The notes beneath the pieces are model-generated. The model worked only from the letters and a program-made list of their open reading frames with translations. It was not told the origin of the DNA and did not search any database. DNA of 64,000 nt from the IMG/VR virus record IMGVR_UViG_3300029361_000001; one strand, 5' to 3'. The position numbers were made by a program, and so were the translations under genes. The stretch comes from a virus. Positions 8,416 through 19,092 of the stretch are shown piece after piece. Positions within the stretch are counted from its first letter, which is position 1, and each line of letters starts with the position of its first letter.

Positions 8416-11400
8416 CAATAATATAGATAGATATAATCCTGCTGCTAAAACCACTTACGAAGATGTGGCAAGGCAAAGGAAATTAGCCGAAGAAGAGAAT
8501 TACACTCCGGCTACATTACCAGAGACGACAACACCTCTGGTTCCTAATTATATGCCTGGTGAAGGTGTGTATGCCCAACCTAAATTTCCGGATTACGCAT
8601 CAAGGATAGCTGCTGCCGAATACGAAGAACCGTATATAGCCAAGGAGATAAGCAACAGCTACTCGGAGGCACTGGCTCGTAACAGCTACAGGGGGGCTAC
8701 ACCTGCCCCGCCGCCTCTTAATCCCTATGGACCGAAGGTAAGTATCCGTGAAAGTCATCAGATGGGTAATGATGGGGTATGGCGTACAAAATATCCCAAC
8801 TATATTCCGGGTATAAACAATGAGGATTATTATGCCAGAAGACAGAGCGGATGGAGTAAGTTTTGGAATGGTGTAGGCAAATTCGCTTTAAAGTCCGCAT
8901 TGTACGGTGCGCAAGGAGTTGTGTCACTGCCTGACAAACTTATCAATATGGCATCTGAGGGAAGTTACAAAGCTGCGTTAAACACTAACATGGATAAGTT
9001 TGTAGGTGATCTTGACCAGCAAATAGACATGCTTCTTCCCCATTATTACAAGAAAGAGGTAGAAGATTATAATTTTGGTCAGAAGCTTTTTAAGGATACC
9101 GGTAATTTCTTGTGGAATGACGTCCTTGGTAATGGTATGTCTTTTACCGTAGGAGCCATGATATCAGCGTACATGACCGGAGGACTTGGAGTTGGATCAT
9201 TGGGTAATATAGGCGCTAAATTAGGTGGAAGAATCGGAGCTAAGTTAGCAGCAAGGCAAGCTGCCAATAGGGGCATAGGAAGCCTTAAAAGCGTGTTTAA
9301 CGACTATGTAAGAAAAGGAGTTGCTACCGGAAGAAATGTAGGGGAGGCGGCTAAGACCATGACGTTGTTGGCTACCAGTGCCGGATTCGAGTCATCGGTT
9401 GAAGCAAATTCTTTTATGAAGCAATCTGAGTCTGATTTCAAGGATTATTATCGTAAGATTTATGGTCGTGATCCCAATGCAGAGGAAATGGCTGTTTTTC
9501 GTAATTCTAATGCTGATGTAGGTAGTGCTATATTTGCCGCCAATATGGGTATCATAGGATTATCTAACTGGCTTCTTTTTGGTAAGTATATAGGGTTAGG
9601 AGGCAAGGCTATACCAGGGTTGGAAAAGAGGCTCAACAAGCATTTATTTGGATTAGGGACGGAAGTTGCGAAGCCGGGAGAGATGGCTATTAAAATAACC
9701 AATCCCAATATAGGACAGAAGATAGCAGGCAATGTTTTCAATATCATGAAAAGACCGGTATCTGAAGGCTTATGGGAAGAAGGATCTCAAGGTGCTGTTC
9801 AGAATACGGCTGAGGAATATGTTAAGTCAAGATATGATAATGTCGCCATGAACGGAGCCGTTGATGTTCTTGATGCTATTTCTGAAGGATTTAAAAAGCA
9901 ATATACGTCTAAAGAAGGATGGACTGAAATAGGAATCGGTGCTATTATCGGTTCTTTGTTTGGTATGAGAGAAGGCTTCTTTGGGGTGAAAGAGTATAGT
10001 AATAGTCAGATCTTGCTGGAAAGGCAAGTGAATGAATATAACAAAGCATCTTCTAATCTTAACACGGCGGCTTTGAATACGTTGAAAAAATCAATGAGTT
10101 TAGGGCCTCAAGTTCGTTCCGATGCCCAGTCTATGACTGGTAAGGAGCTTGATGATGCTATGTTTGAAAAGATGTCTATTGACAACCAAATGGGAACCTT
10201 AGAGGATTCGGCTGAAAATTTCCGGCAGATGATTGATATGATGCCTATTTCGGAAATAGCCGAAGCTAATGGAATGTCTTTAGAAGAGGCAAAGAAATAC
10301 AAGGATTCTATTATTGATAATTGTAACAATCGTCTTTCGGATTTCAGATCTGCCCAGAGTTTTGCCGAAGATCTTATAGGTGATGATTCTAAGATTGAGT
10401 TTAGGAAATACGTGGCTCGTAATGCCTTCCTTGGTCTTCAATCAGAATCAAGAATGAAAGACATAGCTTCTGTCATAGAAACGCTTTCAGGACAGCCTCG
10501 CGTGGCAGATGCACTAAGTACGTTCTCCCGGCTGTCGGACAGGGCAAGGGAGCGGGTGATGGCTATCCGTGGCATACGGTCAAGGATAGAAGAACTTGAA
10601 TCCGAAATAGAAGATCTTGCTACCCGCCCTCGTAACGTAGAAGGGAAAGATCCACAAGCTGAATCCATACAACGAAAAACCGAAGAATTGGAAAGTCTTA
10701 GAACCAATTATAACAATTCGTTATCTGAGTTATCAACGTTAATAGGAAAAGAGTTTTCGATAGAAGAGCTGGTAAGTAAAACTGAATCTGTTTTATCATC
10801 TCCTCTTTCTCCCATAAGTTCACAAGATGTGATAGAAGCCTATGATACGCTTGTGGCTTTTGATGATTATTTTAATGTAAAATCAAGACAGGAAAAGAAG
10901 TTTACAGCCAAAGACAAAGCCATGAGATCCTTGGTAAATGAATACCGAAGGAGTTTGGTGGACTATAGGAATATGAATAACTTCTTGTCTAAGATGCTTG
11001 ATAAAAGATTCTTAGCTGAGGAAAACAGGGGATTTTCAAAAGCGCTGTCTTCTCTATGGTCTACTCCTTATAAAGGGGATGACAAGGTTCCTGATTTTGC
11101 AGAGCCTAATAAAGTTGGTGAATATGACACTGATGAGGTAGTAGATCAAGCTGTTTCAGAAGGTAAGATTTCGGAAGACGAAGCTTGGACTATCAAGGCT
11201 TTTATGCATGCTCTTGATAAAGTAAGGGAAGATAGGATGAAGGAAGCAGAAGATGATATAAAAGAGTCACCGCTTACGGAGTCTGTATCGGATGAAGATT
11301 ATGAGGCTGCGATGGACAATCCTATTATGGTTCCGGCCGTAAGGCAGTCTATAATTGATAAACTATATACAGGTAATGCCGATCTTCTTACTGCGAGAGA

Positions 11401-14400
11401 AAAAGATGTGTATGATAAATACAAACAAGATTTTGATGATTATGTATCGTCTTTGGGTGACAGTCCTGTTAATCTCATAAAATCATTATCTGAGAAGGCT
11501 GATAGGCTTACAAGTCCGAGATCTGTGTATGAGGATAATAAAGCTATTATTGATATGGCTAAATCCAATTTGGAACCAGATCAAAGGAAGGAACTTGATG
11601 ATGCTATTTCTTCGTATGTTGATATAATGAACAGACGAGACAAAGGGGAGAATGTTGACGAAGATAAGCTTGCTGATTCGGTATTTACCATAGAAGATCT
11701 TGGCCAGGTTGGAAATATCACAGATCTCCTCCCTTATATCGAACAAAACAGGATTATTGACAAAGGTCGTATTTCCGAATCTACGTTAAGTAATTTTGGA
11801 GAGGATGATGCTAATATAGATTCTCTTGTAAATGAATTAGACGAATCTGACAATACACCGGGAGCTAACATAGATAGCGCCCAGAATCCAGAGACGTTGA
11901 TGGTTAGAAGAATATCCAACGATGGCAACGAAAGGTATGAAATTGCGGGTCTTAGAGCCGATAAATTTATATCTTCTATAAAATCATTGGTTCCTATTCA
12001 AATAAGCTCTGAAACGAACGCTAATGGCACTAAAAGGTATTCTCTTAACATAGGTGGAGAAACGGCTACTATAATTGAACTGCCTTATCATGCGAGATGG
12101 TCTATAGACAAAGAATCGGCTCGTGTTCTTAACCGTTACACAGATGTGTCTATTCAGGACGTGGGTAATTCCTATTCTTTGGTTTATAAGCGTCTTGATT
12201 CAGATGAGTTGGTTCCGTACAGAACAGGTGTCGGATTTGGAGAGAATGAGGTAGATAAAATAGATCAGGAAGCATTATCTTCTTTGAAAAAAGGAGATAA
12301 GGTTAATCTCGAAATAGATGTAAATGATACCTATAATCGGTCTCTTTTTGCCGAATACAATGATGCTGTTCAGTCCGGAGATAAAAAAAGAATAGAATCT
12401 GCTGAAAATAAACTGGTATCCAATATTGTTATCAAGGTCATGAGTGGAAACAGATTCGTTTCTGTTGTAAAAGCTGACACAGGGGGCATAGATGGTATAA
12501 GTAAGATAAGAAGAACGGCTTTCAACAAGTGGAAGAAGGACGCCGGCCGGTCGGCTACCATCGGCGTCGGCACGCATGTTGTTGCCCAGACCCTTCCCGG
12601 AAGACCAGTGTTTAACATGAAGGTGAACGGTCAAGGATATGGCCAGGTAGAAAATCTTCCTGTTACCGAAAAAGGTGCTGAAAAAGTATCTGATGTCGGA
12701 TATGTATTAAATGGCAAAGTCGTGCTTAAGAACGGATCTAAATACACAGGCTTCCCATTTGCTTATTCTATATTAAATGACAAGGGGAATAATTACAAAA
12801 ATGTAAGAGTTCCGGTAGTCGTCATCAAAGGTAAAAACGGTCTTAATTATCTTTTCCCAGTTAGCCTACGTTCTGTAGAATCAGAGGAAGGGCAGAAATG
12901 GATGTCTTTTATAGATATGCTGCTTGAATCTGGTGATTCTGAATTGCTACAGATGGGTCAAGATGATATACAAGATCTTAATGCGTATCTAACCAAGTTA
13001 GGCCTTGATCCGGCTTCGTATCAAGTATCGTATTTGAATCCTATTTCAGGGCTTAGAAAAGCTCGTGAGGCTATAGAAGAATTATCTACAGTTCCTGATG
13101 TTGTTAAGTGGGTAGAAGATGGAAGTAGGAGTGTGAAAGACATTGTGACGTCTGAAGTAGAATCTGGAATAGATTTCGAAGGTGAGATGTTTGTCGCTCC
13201 TAAGATCAGGATTCAGTTTGGTAAATCATCTTCCAGACCTAAGTCGCTTATAGAGGATGATCTTCCTTTCTCTGATGAGGGTAAGATCGTTACTTCTAAA
13301 GAAGACGTGGATGTTTATGAAGAGGAAATGTCAGAGGAAGGGGCTGTCCGGGAGACTCAGCCGGCGCCATTAGCTCAGCCGGCTTCTGCGACACAAGCTA
13401 TGCAGTCTTTACCTGGCAAGAAGCGCACCTCCAGGAAAAACCTCTCTCTTATGTTAAACGAAATAGAATCTCATATAGAAAAAGAAGGATTGCCGCCTTA
13501 TGCTAATATTTTTGATTTTATAGCAAGGAAGATTGTAGGAGGTGATTTGAGATTTCTTCGTGAGAGAGGTAATCCTAAAAGTCTTAAGGAGGAAATGGGA
13601 TTAGAACCTAAAGGAACAGTAGGTGATAAAATATCCACTCCTTCCAGTAAAGGTGGTAAGACTTTAGAAGAATACGTTTCTTGGCTTCGTTCTCAAACAG
13701 ATCAGGTGGTGGTTGATTATGTTGGGCCAAGATCTGACGAACAAATTATATCAGAGTTGAAAAACTTTTTGAAATATATTAATTTTGTTCCAAGTAAGGC
13801 TTTAAATTATTCTCTTAGAGTCAATGGCATGGATACCCTAAAAGAATATGGCACAAAAGAGGAAGTAGAAAAAATGGAATCTGATATCAATAGTTTGGTT
13901 TCTAAAGTTTTGCCTACGGTGGATAATAAAACTGTAGAAGATGTTTCTACTGCAATAAAATCAAACAACTTGCCTGCCATATGGGAGCCCGTGGAAAGCC
14001 TTGATATGACAAACGAGGAAAAAATAGAGTTTTTGAATAACGTAGCAGATTTCCTTAGCGGCATACCAGAGTATGATGCTGTCGTGGAGTCTATAGAGTC
14101 AGAATCAGATAATATTTTAAATGATGGAAAAGAAGGAAGTGCAGAAGGCGGTGCAGTACGCACTGAGGAAGATGGCGATAAAAAGGGAGATGGAGAAGGC
14201 AAAGGACAATCCAGAACAAATGTCGAAGTTGAAAGAAATGTCGAATTACCTGGATCTGAAGAAGGAAGAGTAGATAACTATAGGAAGAACGGAGATAAGT
14301 TCTCTGACATTGCTGAAGTTACTTTATGGCTACTTAGAAGGGCTGCCGGCATAACCTCTATCCCGGAAGGAGAAGAGGTTTATGTAGAGGGAGATGAGGT

Positions 14401-15049
14401 TAATAGTATTATGACCGATATGGAATCAAGGTACGGGATAGACACCATCAACCACTCGCATACGACTAAGGCTATAAGGGACCTTAACGGCGTATCAGGT
14501 TATAAAGTAGAATACGGCTTAACCTTTTTGACATACGATCCTTTTATTAGAATATCCAATCTAAGGAAAGGATCTAAGGCTGCGAAAGACGAACCTCGTA
14601 TATCCGAAGAGTCGCTTACTCACATATCAAGGGTGACAACCCCTTATTTCCTGTACGGCGGCGATGAAGCATATACATCTGTTCCGGCTAAGGTAGAACC
14701 TATACCGGAGAAGATAATGGGTCGTAATGGCATTAAATTTGGTATGAGTGTAGTCGAGTTAACCAAATTAGGGTACAAAAAAGCTGGTGGAAACTGGATA
14801 TATAAATTTTATATGAACTCAGGTGTGTATGATTTGTATAATATCAGTACCGGTGAAGCGTTTAGGGCAAAACCGGATCTTGGAGTTAAGATAAGTTCCA
14901 GTGCATTCATCCGCTCTTTATCTCAATCTGGTAGAAAAACACAAAATATGATGAGTAACATGAGTCAGGAAGAGATAGATAGGAATAAGAATCTCGTAGA
15001 AGGTTCTGATAATTCGGATTCGATAAATGAGTTAAATAAAGAGTGTTGA
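8408..15049 (+). CDS. Giant protein, 2213 aa. It has a Gly-rich hydrophobic N-terminal region and long coiled-coil, acidic stretches. It is a putative virion internal, ejected or tail-associated protein.
   Basis: This is an uninterrupted 6.6 kb ORF. The GLGVGSLGNIGAKLGGRIGAKLAARQAANRGIG segment resembles tape-measure or ejection proteins. I recognised no catalytic motif. Confidence 0.65.
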   Translation: MADNNIDRYNPAAKTTYEDVARQRKLAEEENYTPATLPETTTPLVPNYMPGEGVYAQPKFPDYASRIAAAEYEEPYIAKEISNSYSEALARNSYRGATPAPPPLNPYGPKVSIRESHQMGNDGVWRTKYPNYIPGINNEDYYARRQSGWSKFWNGVGKFALKSALYGAQGVVSLPDKLINMASEGSYKAALNTNMDKFVGDLDQQIDMLLPHYYKKEVEDYNFGQKLFKDTGNFLWNDVLGNGMSFTVGAMISAYMTGGLGVGSLGNIGAKLGGRIGAKLAARQAANRGIGSLKSVFNDYVRKGVATGRNVGEAAKTMTLLATSAGFESSVEANSFMKQSESDFKDYYRKIYGRDPNAEEMAVFRNSNADVGSAIFAANMGIIGLSNWLLFGKYIGLGGKAIPGLEKRLNKHLFGLGTEVAKPGEMAIKITNPNIGQKIAGNVFNIMKRPVSEGLWEEGSQGAVQNTAEEYVKSRYDNVAMNGAVDVLDAISEGFKKQYTSKEGWTEIGIGAIIGSLFGMREGFFGVKEYSNSQILLERQVNEYNKASSNLNTAALNTLKKSMSLGPQVRSDAQSMTGKELDDAMFEKMSIDNQMGTLEDSAENFRQMIDMMPISEIAEANGMSLEEAKKYKDSIIDNCNNRLSDFRSAQSFAEDLIGDDSKIEFRKYVARNAFLGLQSESRMKDIASVIETLSGQPRVADALSTFSRLSDRARERVMAIRGIRSRIEELESEIEDLATRPRNVEGKDPQAESIQRKTEELESLRTNYNNSLSELSTLIGKEFSIEELVSKTESVLSSPLSPISSQDVIEAYDTLVAFDDYFNVKSRQEKKFTAKDKAMRSLVNEYRRSLVDYRNMNNFLSKMLDKRFLAEENRGFSKALSSLWSTPYKGDDKVPDFAEPNKVGEYDTDEVVDQAVSEGKISEDEAWTIKAFMHALDKVREDRMKEAEDDIKESPLTESVSDEDYEAAMDNPIMVPAVRQSIIDKLYTGNADLLTAREKDVYDKYKQDFDDYVSSLGDSPVNLIKSLSEKADRLTSPRSVYEDNKAIIDMAKSNLEPDQRKELDDAISSYVDIMNRRDKGENVDEDKLADSVFTIEDLGQVGNITDLLPYIEQNRIIDKGRISESTLSNFGEDDANIDSLVNELDESDNTPGANIDSAQNPETLMVRRISNDGNERYEIAGLRADKFISSIKSLVPIQISSETNANGTKRYSLNIGGETATIIELPYHARWSIDKESARVLNRYTDVSIQDVGNSYSLVYKRLDSDELVPYRTGVGFGENEVDKIDQEALSSLKKGDKVNLEIDVNDTYNRSLFAEYNDAVQSGDKKRIESAENKLVSNIVIKVMSGNRFVSVVKADTGGIDGISKIRRTAFNKWKKDAGRSATIGVGTHVVAQTLPGRPVFNMKVNGQGYGQVENLPVTEKGAEKVSDVGYVLNGKVVLKNGSKYTGFPFAYSILNDKGNNYKNVRVPVVVIKGKNGLNYLFPVSLRSVESEEGQKWMSFIDMLLESGDSELLQMGQDDIQDLNAYLTKLGLDPASYQVSYLNPISGLRKAREAIEELSTVPDVVKWVEDGSRSVKDIVTSEVESGIDFEGEMFVAPKIRIQFGKSSSRPKSLIEDDLPFSDEGKIVTSKEDVDVYEEEMSEEGAVRETQPAPLAQPASATQAMQSLPGKKRTSRKNLSLMLNEIESHIEKEGLPPYANIFDFIARKIVGGDLRFLRERGNPKSLKEEMGLEPKGTVGDKISTPSSKGGKTLEEYVSWLRSQTDQVVVDYVGPRSDEQIISELKNFLKYINFVPSKALNYSLRVNGMDTLKEYGTKEEVEKMESDINSLVSKVLPTVDNKTVEDVSTAIKSNNLPAIWEPVESLDMTNEEKIEFLNNVADFLSGIPEYDAVVESIESESDNILNDGKEGSAEGGAVRTEEDGDKKGDGEGKGQSRTNVEVERNVELPGSEEGRVDNYRKNGDKFSDIAEVTLWLLRRAAGITSIPEGEEVYVEGDEVNSIMTDMESRYGIDTINHSHTTKAIRDLNGVSGYKVEYGLTFLTYDPFIRISNLRKGSKAAKDEPRISEESLTHISRVTTPYFLYGGDEAYTSVPAKVEPIPEKIMGRNGIKFGMSVVELTKLGYKKAGGNWIYKFYMNSGVYDLYNISTGEAFRAKPDLGVKISSSAFIRSLSQSGRKTQNMMSNMSQEEIDRNKNLVEGSDNSDSINELNKEC

Positions 15050-15582
15050 GTATGAGAAGGAGATTTTTTAATGCTGCGGATAATTTCGTGGGAGGATGTT
15101 ATAATAAGTTATCTAATGAAGATATAAAAAGGCTTGGAGGAAAAAGACCTTATGTATGTCAGTTTAATAAAATTCATATACATATAGGGCCTGTATTAAA
15201 AGATCATGATTCCGATGTTAGTTACATAATGTTTAATAGTGATTGGAATTATGGTGGTTATGAATCTATGGTTTATAATCATAGCAATAATGGTATTTTT
15301 ATATTAGGTGAAAACAAAATTGGTAACATAGAAGATCATATACAAGATCTAACATATTGGTACGAATATGATCCGAGTCTTAATGAAAATTATTGTTATT
15401 ATTATTATGAAGCTGATAATAGTGGAAATGCTATTAAGTTGAATGGTGAGTTTTGTGATACCAGTACTGTTTTCAACATTCCCAGCTTGGAAGTCACCAC
15501 TCTTCGTGATGGCAGTTTGAGTTTTCCGGAGATTTATATAGAAGGAGTTTGGGATCCGTCATTGTATAAATCAGTTTTATAA
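15043..15582 (+). CDS. Hypothetical protein, about 176-179 aa, Tyr/Asn-rich.
   Basis: The ORF overlaps the stop of the giant gene. The likely start is the ATG at 15052 (MRRRFF). Confidence 0.45.
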   Translation: MLSMRRRFFNAADNFVGGCYNKLSNEDIKRLGGKRPYVCQFNKIHIHIGPVLKDHDSDVSYIMFNSDWNYGGYESMVYNHSNNGIFILGENKIGNIEDHIQDLTYWYEYDPSLNENYCYYYYEADNSGNAIKLNGEFCDTSTVFNIPSLEVTTLRDGSLSFPEIYIEGVWDPSLYKSVL

Positions 15583-15608
15583 TTAACTTTGTAAAAAAGT
15601 TAATTATT

Positions 15609-17864
15609 ATGGGTGTCAAATGTCAGATAGAAAAGAAGGAAAATAAAATAGAACGGGTTGAGGCTCCTAACGGTGAGCCTTCCGTTCTTTACGAAAGTGC
15701 TTTAAAAGTATTAGGAAACAGCGAGCGGGCTCTTCAGGTATGGGCTAAGGCTTACACTCCTGGTTTTTTGTCGTATTACGGTCATTGGAATAACCCGGCT
15801 CCAGGGGAGATGTTTAATACCGATCCTAATGGCGAACCTCTTTTAGAAGATGTGCTGTCGTATATGAAGCGTCAGGCTTATTTTTCCGATCCCTTAACGG
15901 CTCAGGATGTTAAGGATGTAAGAGATGTTATGATATCCAATTCCATATATAGCATACGATCTCTTATTAATAGAGTTAGAAGCTCTTTTTATGTGGATGG
16001 TAATCTTATCCTAAATGAAGAAAATCTAAGGAGATCCGGCTTGTACAATGAGACAGAGATAAGTAGGATATTAGATAATCCTTCTGTACTTAATGAGGTC
16101 AGCTCTTTTATGAGGTTATTATTAGATTATTCCAATAACGAACACGATCTCGGGAAAGAGTCTTACTTCACAACCGTAGAAAAACCATACGGTCCTGTTG
16201 TGTATAAAAATGGTGTCTTCGATAAATTAGGAAAGAGAGCATCATATAATCCGGCTGAAGTTTACGAGGTTATAAAAAATACAGTAGGAGGTATTAGTGT
16301 TGCTTCAGAGTTTGATGCTGCTTTCGAATCTTTATCTGATTCATATCCGGAGTTAGTTGAAAGATATCAGTCGGATAAGAGTTTTGCCTTGTCGCTGTTC
16401 AACGAATTTTCGAATATGAACATCGTTCCGGTTGTGGCTTTAGAAGATAATAATATCGTAGAAGGGAAGAGACGGTCATTATCAAAGTTGCAAGATTATG
16501 CTTATTACAGCCCTATTGGATCTGAGTCATTACGAGCTCGTATATCAGCCTTTCTAAACAGGGTTAATGCTGATACAGAAGAAGACCTTAGAAGTATGAT
16601 ATGGGATGTAGAAGAGGCTTGTGTAGGTCTTGGTATAGATATCGTAGGCGTGTCTAAGGCATATGACGGAACAGAAGAATCGCTGAATAAAATTGATAGC
16701 TTGATGCTGGATCTTGATATTTATGTAGCAAGGCGCAACGATGATACTTATGCTCCTACCTTAGCTTCTGCTATCGATGACGTTCTTGGAGATAGCCAGG
16801 ATCGCCGTGTTATGTTTCTGCCAGAGTATATGGATAATATGAATATCGTTTATATGGAATCTGACATAGATCCGGTATCGGCATTTGAAAATCATTCTCT
16901 GCTTTATCTTGGTGGAAACCTATATCATAAGGTAGAAAGAGATAATTTAGGTGATTTGTACGATATAGCTGCCGAGCTTGCCAAGCGGAGTCTAACTTAT
17001 TTCCCACCTGGTATCTATCCTGAATATTGTTTTAAGGATGGTGTTTTAGATAAGCTCCGCGTGAAAAACGTAGATAGTAAGGCCCTTGCTGATTCTATTA
17101 AAAAATACGTCCTGTCTTATACCGATTCTCAGAATACGGAAGAGATGAATGCTACCAGATTGGCGTTCGGTCATCTTGTTGTTCCTGGAAGCCCGTATGT
17201 TAATGAAGAACGGGAGTTTAGCCGATACATAAACAGAAAGCAGGACAAAGAGAATCCTTTACTCTTATTCGATTTATACCAATCTTATCTTGAAAATAAG
17301 CTTCATAATACGGAAGTGTACGAAGGGGCATACAAGTATCTTGACTTTAAACCAGATCATTTACTGGGTCTTACCGTTTCAGATCCGGATACGTTAAAAC
17401 AAATTGAACTATCTTTGGCAGGTAATGATCGTGAGCAGTTATTTGAGTATAGCATGAGCAGCACCGATCCTTCTTTTACAGATCTGTTCTATTTGGATTA
17501 TTATGATATGTTATATGCCGGTTCTGATTTCTATCACGATCTTTTTACGAAACATCCTAATCTCTTAAATGAGGTTCGGGATCATAACATAACTAAGCAG
17601 GATGATAATGTTATCGTAGAAGGTTTGTATGATAATTTTATCAGAATAGGAGACATGGTGTTCACTAAAGTTGGCGAAAGTAGTTCCGGCTCTATCTACC
17701 AAAATCTAACAGGAACCGAATCGGAGGTGAAATACGATTCTACTCAGAAGGCTAAGACGGTAGAAACCGATTACGCTCCATACCAAAACAGATCTGGCTT
17801 GACGCAAGATATGACCGTAAGCAAGTCTGAATTGGATGATCTTAATAAATTGGAATGCAGGTAA
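15609..17864 (+). CDS. Large hypothetical protein, 751 aa, the last gene of the large-protein operon.
   Basis: This is a 2.25 kb ORF, followed 45 nt downstream by a hairpin (17909-17936) and then a strong terminator at 18371. Confidence 0.6.
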   Translation: MGVKCQIEKKENKIERVEAPNGEPSVLYESALKVLGNSERALQVWAKAYTPGFLSYYGHWNNPAPGEMFNTDPNGEPLLEDVLSYMKRQAYFSDPLTAQDVKDVRDVMISNSIYSIRSLINRVRSSFYVDGNLILNEENLRRSGLYNETEISRILDNPSVLNEVSSFMRLLLDYSNNEHDLGKESYFTTVEKPYGPVVYKNGVFDKLGKRASYNPAEVYEVIKNTVGGISVASEFDAAFESLSDSYPELVERYQSDKSFALSLFNEFSNMNIVPVVALEDNNIVEGKRRSLSKLQDYAYYSPIGSESLRARISAFLNRVNADTEEDLRSMIWDVEEACVGLGIDIVGVSKAYDGTEESLNKIDSLMLDLDIYVARRNDDTYAPTLASAIDDVLGDSQDRRVMFLPEYMDNMNIVYMESDIDPVSAFENHSLLYLGGNLYHKVERDNLGDLYDIAAELAKRSLTYFPPGIYPEYCFKDGVLDKLRVKNVDSKALADSIKKYVLSYTDSQNTEEMNATRLAFGHLVVPGSPYVNEEREFSRYINRKQDKENPLLLFDLYQSYLENKLHNTEVYEGAYKYLDFKPDHLLGLTVSDPDTLKQIELSLAGNDREQLFEYSMSSTDPSFTDLFYLDYYDMLYAGSDFYHDLFTKHPNLLNEVRDHNITKQDDNVIVEGLYDNFIRIGDMVFTKVGESSSGSIYQNLTGTESEVKYDSTQKAKTVETDYAPYQNRSGLTQDMTVSKSELDDLNKLECR

Positions 17865-17908
17865 TTTTTGTATACATATAATATAGTTTTTTCATAATTA
17901 CGATTTGG

Positions 17909-17940
17909 AAAGTGAGGCTTGTGAAAGTCTCACTTTTCTC
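17909..17940 (+). terminator. Hairpin (aaagtgag / ctcacttt, 8 bp stem) immediately after the 751 aa gene.
   Basis: The inverted repeat 17909-17916 / 17929-17936 has its T-tract inside and after the stem. Confidence 0.4.
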
Positions 17941-18370
17941 ATATATGTACGTATATCAATAACATACAAGAAAAGTTATATTTTCATTGTTTATGGATTA
18001 TTTTTGTTAAGTTTGCGATATTAGTTTCAGGAAGGGATTATGGGAATAAGGAAAAAGTAAGAACCGAACGTAACTAATAACAGTAGGAAATGAGAATCAG
18101 TACCATCAAACGTAACAACAGCATTCATCTTATGTATAAAAACATTATGAATGATTTAGGTCAATTAAGAACTGTAGTTTCAAAATCCTATATTTATAAT
18201 CTGATACAAAATCAAACCGGATTAAGTATCAGAACTATATCCCATGTCTTGAATCACACAAAAGAACAGGATACAGATTCTTTGTGAAAACCATACATTT
18301 TCATACATTTGTGTGTTCTTTAGTTTTTAGATTTAAGTTTTTCATGGTATTAGTTTAGATTAGTGTAGAT

Positions 18371-18408
18371 CAGGGTTCGCAGTGATGCGGGCCCTGGTTT
18401 GTTTTAAA
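18371..18408 (+). terminator. Strong rho-independent terminator: a 10 bp GC-rich stem (cagggttcgc / gcgggccctg), a 6 nt loop, then GTTTGTTTT.
   Basis: The hairpin is followed directly by a T-rich tract. Confidence 0.7.
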
Positions 18409-19092
18409 AAGTATTAAAATATTTGTTATTTAAAATCCTGTTCCTATCTTTGTTCCAGAAACAATGAACAACGAGATCCCACCTCTGGTTGTTTGATGTT
18501 GAAAGATATTTTTGGCTCATTAGGGTTTGTCATAGTGGGATCTGACATTCTCTTTTGGGCCTATTTTTTTTATTATGGATAATACTTGTATTCCTTTTGT
18601 GTTAATAAACGACAGAAAAATGATTGACGCAAAACATGTTCATAAATTGTTAGAATGTAAGTATGATTTTAAACATTGGATTAAGGATGTAATATCATCT
18701 TTTAATTTTATGACGATCGGGTATTAGATATAATACATAGATCTATCGATAGGTATAATAAAAAATGTATAAAATATTTTACATATATAATAAGAAATAA
18801 TAATAATGGTTTTTATAAAATAGGTAAAAGCTCTGATGTAAAAAGAAGGCTATCTGGGTTGTCTATTGTAGAAGATAACTTAACATTAAGAATGGTTCAA
18901 CTTATCAGATTGCGATTTGAATGATATAATTGATAAATATAAATTCAAGTTGTGTGACATGGCTTGAATTTTATTACAATAAAAAGTGATTAAGAGATGA
19001 GTCTATGGTGATATTTACTCATCTCTTCTTATTTTTCTGAAAATACTTCTCTTCTATAGGAAATAAACACACCCATATTCCACCCTGCAATC

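Noticed and set aside
3557-14202. Multiple 60-190 aa minus-strand ORFs inside the giant plus-strand genes (for example 4511-5074, 6984-7334 and 13807-14202)
   Set aside because: They are embedded within much longer, uninterrupted plus-strand ORFs, and no independent signal supports them.
18090-18287. A 65 aa ORF in the long spacer
   Set aside because: It has a biased Asn/Ile/Ser composition, no ribosome-binding context and sits in an otherwise non-coding AT-rich region.
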